Assembly: GCA_963733675.1 (NCBI GenBank)
Contig: CAVTET010000003.1
Span: forward strand, 32,001-96,000
DNA: 64,000 nt
Direction of reading: 5' to 3'
DNA from: an uncultured Methanosarcinaceae archaeon
GTDB lineage: Archaea > Halobacteriota > Methanosarcinia > Methanosarcinales > Methanosarcinaceae
The notes under the pieces are model-generated. The model ran no database searches and was not told where the DNA came from. It was given only the letters and a program-made list of their open reading frames with translations. Shown here piece after piece: positions 57,828-64,000 of this stretch. A program made the translations under genes and the position numbers. Every line of letters starts with the position of its first letter. Position 1 is the stretch's first letter.

Positions 57828-58293
57828 AATATTAACACTCTGGTTTCTGTAAGCCATATAATATATTTTGCTGACCAAGAGTTTTATCAAAACAAAAAGT
57901 GCAAGCAAAAGTTTTGCAAAGATTCATGAAGGCAATTTGCTGAATGCAAATTCAAAGATTTCTTACAATTTGCTGATTTTTTTGATTGATTGCATTCATT
58001 TGGCATTGAAATTAATTCTGAATTTTGACGATTTCATCAGGTATTAAGCGGTCTCCAAATTTATTGCTAGGTTTTAAATTTGTTGTTCCAAATTCTCGTA
58101 ATAAACTTAACATAAGACACAAAACTAGCTGGATACTCAAAGCATAACCGGACTCTTTTTATATTCGTAATAGTAAGTTATATCAGGAATTATAATAATT
58201 AATTATGTTAAATATATACGATAGTATACATTTATCGATGTATAGGTGTTATACACCATCCTGATAAAAGTATATGAAATTGGTGGTGGAAGT

Positions 58294-59169
58294 ATGGAAC
58301 TCACTCAGATTCAAAAAGATATTATTATTGCATTAATAAACTTGCAAAGACAAAAGAATAGAGCAATAAAGGGAGAAGAAGTTGCTGAGGTAATTCAGCG
58401 CAACCCTGGAACCATTCGGAACCAAATGCAGCTGTTGAAGGCTCTTGGACTTGTGGAAGGGGTCCCAGGACCAAAAGGAGGATATAAACCTACAGGGTCA
58501 GCTTATAACGCTTTACGAATTCAGCAACTTGATAACGAATCCGTAGTCCCACTATTCCGAAATACTACACCAGTTGATGGGGCAACCGCTGCTGAAATAA
58601 GTTTCACGACCGTCAGAAATCCAGATGCCTGTAGCGGAGTGGTCCGTGTACTAGGGAACATAAAAGACTTTATGATAGATGATAAGATTCAAGTTGGTCC
58701 GACGCCTGTAAATCGCCTGATAGTTCGCGGAGAAGTAACAGGGCGGGACGATAATAGTAACTCTATTCTTTTCAATATTACCGAAATGATATCTCTTCCT
58801 AAAAAACACGTTAAACACTATATGAAATACCCTCCTTTACTTGTTAATATGAATGCTAGTATTCAGGAAGCAACAAGGCTTTTTGTGCGGAACAACATTC
58901 ACGGAGCACCTGTGGAAGACAAGGGAAAAATTATAGGGGTAATTACCTACACAGATATTGCCCGTGCAATTGCTCAGGGAAAACCTAACGTAAAAGTCAA
59001 AGACATAATGACAACTGAACTTATCACCGTTGATGGGGATATGCAATTCTACGATGTCATAAAACTCTTCCACAAATATAATGTAGGACAGCTTATTGTA
59101 ACAATAAATGGTATACTCAAAGGAACTCTGTCAAAAACGGATGTCTTGCACGAAATTGCACTCAACTGA
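58294..59169 (+). CDS. HTH + CBS-domain transcriptional regulator (COG2524-like)
   Basis: RNPGTIRNQMQLLKALGLVEGVPGPKGGY wHTH, VGPTPVN, C-terminal CBS pair. Confidence 0.88.
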   Translation: MELTQIQKDIIIALINLQRQKNRAIKGEEVAEVIQRNPGTIRNQMQLLKALGLVEGVPGPKGGYKPTGSAYNALRIQQLDNESVVPLFRNTTPVDGATAAEISFTTVRNPDACSGVVRVLGNIKDFMIDDKIQVGPTPVNRLIVRGEVTGRDDNSNSILFNITEMISLPKKHVKHYMKYPPLLVNMNASIQEATRLFVRNNIHGAPVEDKGKIIGVITYTDIARAIAQGKPNVKVKDIMTTELITVDGDMQFYDVIKLFHKYNVGQLIVTINGILKGTLSKTDVLHEIALN

Positions 59170-59175
59170 GAATAA

Positions 59176-59265
59176 AAAGGATTTTGATAGACCTATGATT
59201 CTTAACGAATTATTCATATATTTTTTATATAAAGATATGAAATTTGGGGTTTATTGAAATCATTT
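59176..59265. repeat. ~90-bp MITE-like repeat, family B
   Basis: AAAGGATTTTGATAGAC ... GTTTATTGAAATCATTT. Confidence 0.65.
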
Positions 59266-59386
59266 AAAGTTTGTATTTTTATTAAAGATGAGACAATTCT
59301 CCAGAAAAAAATAGGAAATAGATTATTTTTTAAAAAAATTTTATTATTTGCACATTAAACTTATGCTTAGAAAATTCTCCAAACCT

Positions 59387-59701
59387 TCAGTCTCTTTTCA
59401 TGCTTTCATGTCTAGCAATCATTTCAGCTGCAATTTCATCAAGAGTAATATTATTTGCAGCGAGCAATACCAGGAGATGGAAGATCAGATCCGAAATTTC
59501 CGAAATGATCTCTGCGCGGTCTTCATTCCTGACTGCAAGAATGGTTTCAATCGATTCTTCACCTACTTTTTCAAGAATCTTATTCATACCCTTGTGATTG
59601 TTCAAAAGCTTGCAGACATATGAACGCTCGTCATAGTTCTGTTTCCGATCCAGAATTATTTCATATACCCTGTTTAAAATTGACAAATCAGTATTCTGCA
59701 T
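59387..59701 (-). CDS. hisE: phosphoribosyl-ATP pyrophosphatase
   Basis: [30 protein letters not shown]. Confidence 0.93.
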   Translation of the reverse strand: MQNTDLSILNRVYEIILDRKQNYDERSYVCKLLNNHKGMNKILEKVGEESIETILAVRNEDRAEIISEISDLIFHLLVLLAANNITLDEIAAEMIARHESMKRD

Positions 59702-59761
59702 TCAAACACCTTTTTGATTTAAACACACAAGGAAATATTCGAAAAGTAAACAAAAAGTTTT

Positions 59762-61057
59762 TCAAACTGTCCTGGGATCAGTTATTTCTCCTGTGAGAGC
59801 TGATGCACCTGCAGTTGCAGGGGAAGAGAGATACACAAAGGACTCTGCACTTCCTTCTCTGCCTCTAAAGTTTCGGTTTGAGGTTGCAAGACCTACTTCC
59901 CCTGCACCAAGCAGACCGAAAGAACCACCCATACATGGCCCACAGCAGGGAGATTCTACGATTGCACCAGCGTTCATAAGCTTTTCGATATATCCAGCCC
60001 TTAACAATTTCATGTACTCTGTTCTTGAAGCGGGGACGACAATGAGGCGTATACCCTTTGCTATCGGTTCATCCCCAATGATATCTGCCATGATCTTAAT
60101 ATCTTCGAACCTGCCGTTAGTGCAAGAACCCATAAAGATTTGATCAATTTTTGTGCCCTCGACATCAGTTACGGGTTTTACGTTATCTACATTATGTGGA
60201 CAAGCTACCTGGGGTTCCAGGTCCGAGATGTCATAGTGCCGGAAGGCTGCATATTCAGCATTTTCATCGGATTTCCAATATGGATCAAATTCGTAATATA
60301 AAATCCGTTCTTTAAGGTAAGCTGCAGTCATTTCATCGGCTTCGATGATTCCTGCTTTCCCTCCCATCTCAATTGCCATATTGGATATGGTCATACGTTC
60401 GGGAATTGAGAGAGAACGGATTGTTGAACCAGCAAACTCAGCTGCCATATACCTAGCTCCCTCTACCCCAACATCACCTATTAGATAGAGGATGAGATCT
60501 TTCGAGTAAACGCGCCTTGGTAAAGTACCTTCCACTTCAAAATGAAAGGTATGTGGTACCCTGAACCATAGTTTGCCTGTAGCAAAAACAGCTGCCATGT
60601 CAGTAGACCCAATGCCTGTGGAAAATGCCCCTAAAGCTCCATACGCACAAGTATGTGAGTCAGAGCCAACTATCAGATCTCCTGGCAAGACGTGCCCTTT
60701 CTCTGGAAGAACTTGATGGCATACTCCCTCATATATATCATAATTTAAAATTTCTTGTTCGTCAGCAAATTCTCTGAGCATTATGTGGTTTGCTGTGGCG
60801 TTGATAGAATCCGCAGGAACCTGGTGGTCGAATATGATCACTATTTTCTTAGGGTCCCACACTTTCTTCTCTTCTTTACCATTCATTATTTCGTAAAATC
60901 CCTTAACCGCTAGAGGACCTGTAATATCGTGCACCATTGCTAGGTCTACATTGGCCAACACGAAATCCCCGGCTTTTACTGGATTTCCGGCGGCTTTCGA
61001 GAAAATTTTTTCGGAAACTGTCATCGGCCAATTTTCATTACCAGATATTTCGCCCAT
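59762..61057 (-). CDS. 3-isopropylmalate dehydratase/homoaconitase-family large subunit (LeuC/AksD)
   Basis: [42 protein letters not shown]; start uncertain (61057 or 61024); paralogue not resolved. Confidence 0.9.
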   Translation of the reverse strand: MGEISGNENWPMTVSEKIFSKAAGNPVKAGDFVLANVDLAMVHDITGPLAVKGFYEIMNGKEEKKVWDPKKIVIIFDHQVPADSINATANHIMLREFADEQEILNYDIYEGVCHQVLPEKGHVLPGDLIVGSDSHTCAYGALGAFSTGIGSTDMAAVFATGKLWFRVPHTFHFEVEGTLPRRVYSKDLILYLIGDVGVEGARYMAAEFAGSTIRSLSIPERMTISNMAIEMGGKAGIIEADEMTAAYLKERILYYEFDPYWKSDENAEYAAFRHYDISDLEPQVACPHNVDNVKPVTDVEGTKIDQIFMGSCTNGRFEDIKIMADIIGDEPIAKGIRLIVVPASRTEYMKLLRAGYIEKLMNAGAIVESPCCGPCMGGSFGLLGAGEVGLATSNRNFRGREGSAESFVYLSSPATAGASALTGEITDPRTV

Positions 61058-61160
61058 GAGGAATAACTGGCTCGTTATATTAAATAAATCTAATTGATAG
61101 TTCAGAGCATGCATAAATCAAAATTTAGGTGTTTTACCCAACGGCAATAAACTGAGTCTT

Positions 61161-61900
61161 TTTGTGCCACCATTTGGATATCAAGGAATTATTTACAATC
61201 AAATATTTTCATTCGCTTATATGCTTCTTTTTATTCTGGGTTTCCTTAATCTTTGACATAGTATTATTAATAACATCGGAAGTTGTACATCACCAAACTT
61301 TCCAATGTATCTCCCTTAACTCCAAAGTTCGCCACTCTAGAACTTTTTTACTCAAATAGTACTCTTCAAAGATTTATCTTGTCTTGGCACTTTTCATAAT
61401 CTGCCTAATTTTGAGGGTAAATATTTTGGTCAGAATCAACACAAAGATGCTTCTGATCACTATTAGTACGAATTAATCAAACCCAAAAGATCACTTTTTG
61501 CCAATTTAAAGTAGTGTCGCTTTCAAATAATTGTTTATTTAATAGTCTATAAAAAATCATGAAATTTCATAGAAAAAACTATTTTATCTTTGTTGTATAG
61601 TTTTATTTTAGAGTACAGATGATTCTAATAAATCGCTAGATTTCTTAACTTGATTATAAATGATATGTAAAATGATTCTTGAAAATCAGAGGTTCATCTA
61701 AATATTCTACAAATGTAGTTTGAAATATAGAGAATTTTGATAAGCCTCTAACTACCGCAGGTCATTTATATATAATTTATAATCATATGATCAAACTTAG
61801 GGTTTGTCCGAAATTCTGTATAAATAATTCAATAACGAGTGATTTTTGGGAAAGTTTCCATCACTACAGCAAGTAATGGGAGTATTCGACTGACATATAA
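61161..61900 (-). mobile_element. highly degenerate IS200-like element with nested repeat
   Basis: tnpA-like fragments plus end motif GGGAAAGTTTCCATCACTACAGCAAG...GTATTCGACTGA; family-B repeat inside. Confidence 0.6.
61729..61819. repeat. ~90-bp MITE-like repeat, family B
   Basis: AGAGAATTTTGATAAGC ... GTTTGTCCGAAATTCTGT. Confidence 0.6.
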
Positions 61901-61980
61901 AGATCTTGCAGGCATACAAAACGATTAAGGCGCATAAAATAATGGAAGCTCTATCAGTAATTTTATAGCTTGCTCTGCTG

Positions 61981-62787
61981 CTAATAATCGATAAATTTAT
62001 TATTTCCTGTGCTGTCGTGGACTATGTATGTGCATGTGCTATCTCCCAATTTTTTCTTTGCAAGCTCCAGGCCCTTTTCACCTCTCTTGAAACTTACAAA
62101 TTTTTTATACATAGCAAGCATGTCCTCAAGCTCCGAAACATACCTATAAAGAAGATTTTCTGCTAGTTTTCGGCTGTCTTCTGCAGAAATTGGATATCCA
62201 AGGCCTTCACATTCGCAAGTATGTAGTTTTAGCTCTTCTATATAAAAAGGGTATGTTTTGCAGAGCATTGGCCGTACTGAATAAACTCGGCATGTGCTTG
62301 TGCTTTTTTCAAGAAGGATGCAGTCCAAGTTACTATTTCGCCTGAGCATCCATCCAAAAGCATGAATATTTCCTTCTCCATCGATATTTTCCTGAATAAG
62401 CTCAAGAAGCTCAGTAGAAAACGAAACTCCTTTTTCTTCCGAAGCCTCGAAAAAGCCTTCAGTTATGTTTTCGTTCTCTTCCAATCTATTCAGTTGAACT
62501 ATTTCAGGGACAAATGGCCCTGCGATCTCAAGTTTTGATAGACCTGTAAACTCTCGAATTTTTTCAATCTCAGTAGGGATTAACATTACCCTGTTATCCC
62601 CAAAAGCCCATCTGCAGCACTTTCCACAGTGCTTACAAGAAAAACCGATTACTCTGATTTCAGCTGCAAGATCTTCTAGACAAAGTTTGAGAGCTGATTC
62701 GATTTCCTTTTTGAGGCTGGTAATTAGAAGGAGCTGATAGTTTGTTTTTTTATGTTTTTGTTTACTGCATGAATTGAAAATTTCCAT
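61981..62787 (-). CDS. YkgJ-family cysteine-cluster (putative Fe-S/Zn) protein
   Basis: FSCKHCGKCC, CILL..CRVYSVRPMLCKTYPF, CECEGLG. Confidence 0.85.
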   Translation of the reverse strand: MEIFNSCSKQKHKKTNYQLLLITSLKKEIESALKLCLEDLAAEIRVIGFSCKHCGKCCRWAFGDNRVMLIPTEIEKIREFTGLSKLEIAGPFVPEIVQLNRLEENENITEGFFEASEEKGVSFSTELLELIQENIDGEGNIHAFGWMLRRNSNLDCILLEKSTSTCRVYSVRPMLCKTYPFYIEELKLHTCECEGLGYPISAEDSRKLAENLLYRYVSELEDMLAMYKKFVSFKRGEKGLELAKKKLGDSTCTYIVHDSTGNNKFIDY

Positions 62788-62975
62788 ATAAAAGTTCGTG
62801 TTCTGCAGGAACTTAAAACTTTTTGTTCAAAGCACCGTTCATTTTCAATCGCTTAGTTTTACATAATATAAACCATGATTAATTAAAGTTTTCAATATTT
62901 CAATCCTAAAAAACATCAACTCACTTAATATTTAGGCCTTTCCATACGATTTTTGGCCCCCCTTCCAAATAGATA

Positions 62976-63283
62976 ATGGCTACTAAAATAAACAGGGGAT
63001 ATGCCACTGATACACGCATAGTAAGGTTCTTATTCGATGGCATTGGAGAAGCTAGCCATCATAAAATCGTTCCTAGTGTCGCTAAATTAATTGTGTTTGA
63101 AAAGGGCGACTTGATGAACTCAATGCCTATAATGAATCATTGAAAATGGAGTTTGCCCAAGCACGTCAGGATAAAAATGACATTAAAAAGACGTTGAATT
63201 ACATGATACAAGTTCAAACTCTTATTAATCAAAAAGCAGTTGAAGCCCCAGGAGCAAAAAAGCCGTGGCGGCGATTTTGGTAA
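62976..63283 (+). pseudogene. coiled-coil protein remnant with KKPWxxFW tail (DUF536-like)
   Basis: Frame LDELNAYNESLKME...QVQTLINQKAVEAPGAKKPWRRFW-stop; upstream part frameshifted. Confidence 0.55.
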
Positions 63284-63365
63284 TTTTGCTACATTTATAT
63301 CACAAAATGAAATGAAAATAAAAAGATATTCTAGTAAAGTCTTGATCAGTTGAAGACCTATTGAT

Positions 63366-63791
63366 TTATCTAAACATAGCTAGTTTAGTTATAATTTGTT
63401 TCCTGATTTCATCTTCGTCTTTGACGATTATCTCAACAATCTCGTTTTTGATTCCTGAGACTGCATTAATTTTCCTATATTCCCGCCTTCCATAATCATT
63501 AGGGAACCGTCTCTCTAAAATCCACATGCACACTTTGCAATTCCCAGAATCAGTTACTTTTTTCAGGCGCTGTAGACACTTCATAGCTCCTTCAGCATTG
63601 CATTTTTTGACGTGTTTATAGAACTCAAAATACTTTCCAGATTTTGAATTTTTTCTTTTATTCATCCAATCATTGAACGTTTGATACGTTATTCCTGCGG
63701 ATGCTGTTGCAAGAGCATAAGTAAGTCCCAGTGAAACATTATTACCAATTAGCTGTTGAATTTCATAGGTTAATTTTGAAGGTCGTGCCAT
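63366..63791 (-). CDS. HTH-type protein resembling phage/mobile-element small DNA-binding proteins
   Basis: MARPSKLT...AGITYQTFNDW...WILERRFPNDYGRR; ATG 63791 preferred. Confidence 0.6.
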   Translation of the reverse strand: MARPSKLTYEIQQLIGNNVSLGLTYALATASAGITYQTFNDWMNKRKNSKSGKYFEFYKHVKKCNAEGAMKCLQRLKKVTDSGNCKVCMWILERRFPNDYGRREYRKINAVSGIKNEIVEIIVKDEDEIRKQIITKLAMFR

Positions 63792-64000
63792 ATTGGTCCC
63801 GTTTTTACTACTTTTATTAATATAATTGAGTATCATGCTTAATATTTTTTTAGTTTATTTATCCATATAACCTACTACGAACTCACAAATGGAATATACT
63901 TTGAGATGTAGACTCATGATAAATTTTATGAAATGGAACTATTTTCGCTTCGTAAAAGGTCTGGTTCAAATATGAACTAATGTAAGGCTGTTATAGGGAC

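Noticed and set aside
5450-61900. Strict strand bias of IS200 remnants
   Set aside because: Four are on the minus strand but the remnants at 19105 and 28288 are on the plus strand, and a possible inversion confounds the count.
1-64000. CRISPR array, tRNA or rRNA genes
   Set aside because: I saw no regularly spaced direct repeats and no GC-rich cloverleaf or rRNA-like tract. This was by eye only; tRNAscan and CRISPR finders were not run.

Overview
AT-rich window of a methanogenic archaeal chromosome, most consistent with Methanosarcina (cfbA-E-D-C-B gene order, MetOD1 response regulator, PKD/beta-helix surface proteins). Intact core genes include cca, a DacZ-type diadenylate cyclase, rqcH-pelota, GMP synthase B, RaSEA, the complete coenzyme F430 cluster, endA-DUF2209-hflX, fen, thpR, a NOG1 GTPase, hisE and a LeuC/AksD-type large subunit. 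Between them lies heavily decayed DNA: three IS6 copies, three defective IS5 (IS1031-like) copies, many IS200/IS605 tnpA/tnpB remnants, two MITE-like repeat families and several pseudogenes missed by the ORF track. The best candidate for an uncharacterised system is a kinase-less signalling module (KaiC-like ATPase, REC-MetOD1 regulator, second KaiC-like ATPase, orphan RCK protein). Other notable signals are a fossil rqcH tail that once overlapped the pelota start, IS5 flanks suggesting a ~23-kb inversion, and an in-frame TGA shared by all IS5 copies. I saw no rRNA, tRNA or CRISPR array. All family calls come from motif recognition by eye, not database searches, and remnant boundaries are approximate.
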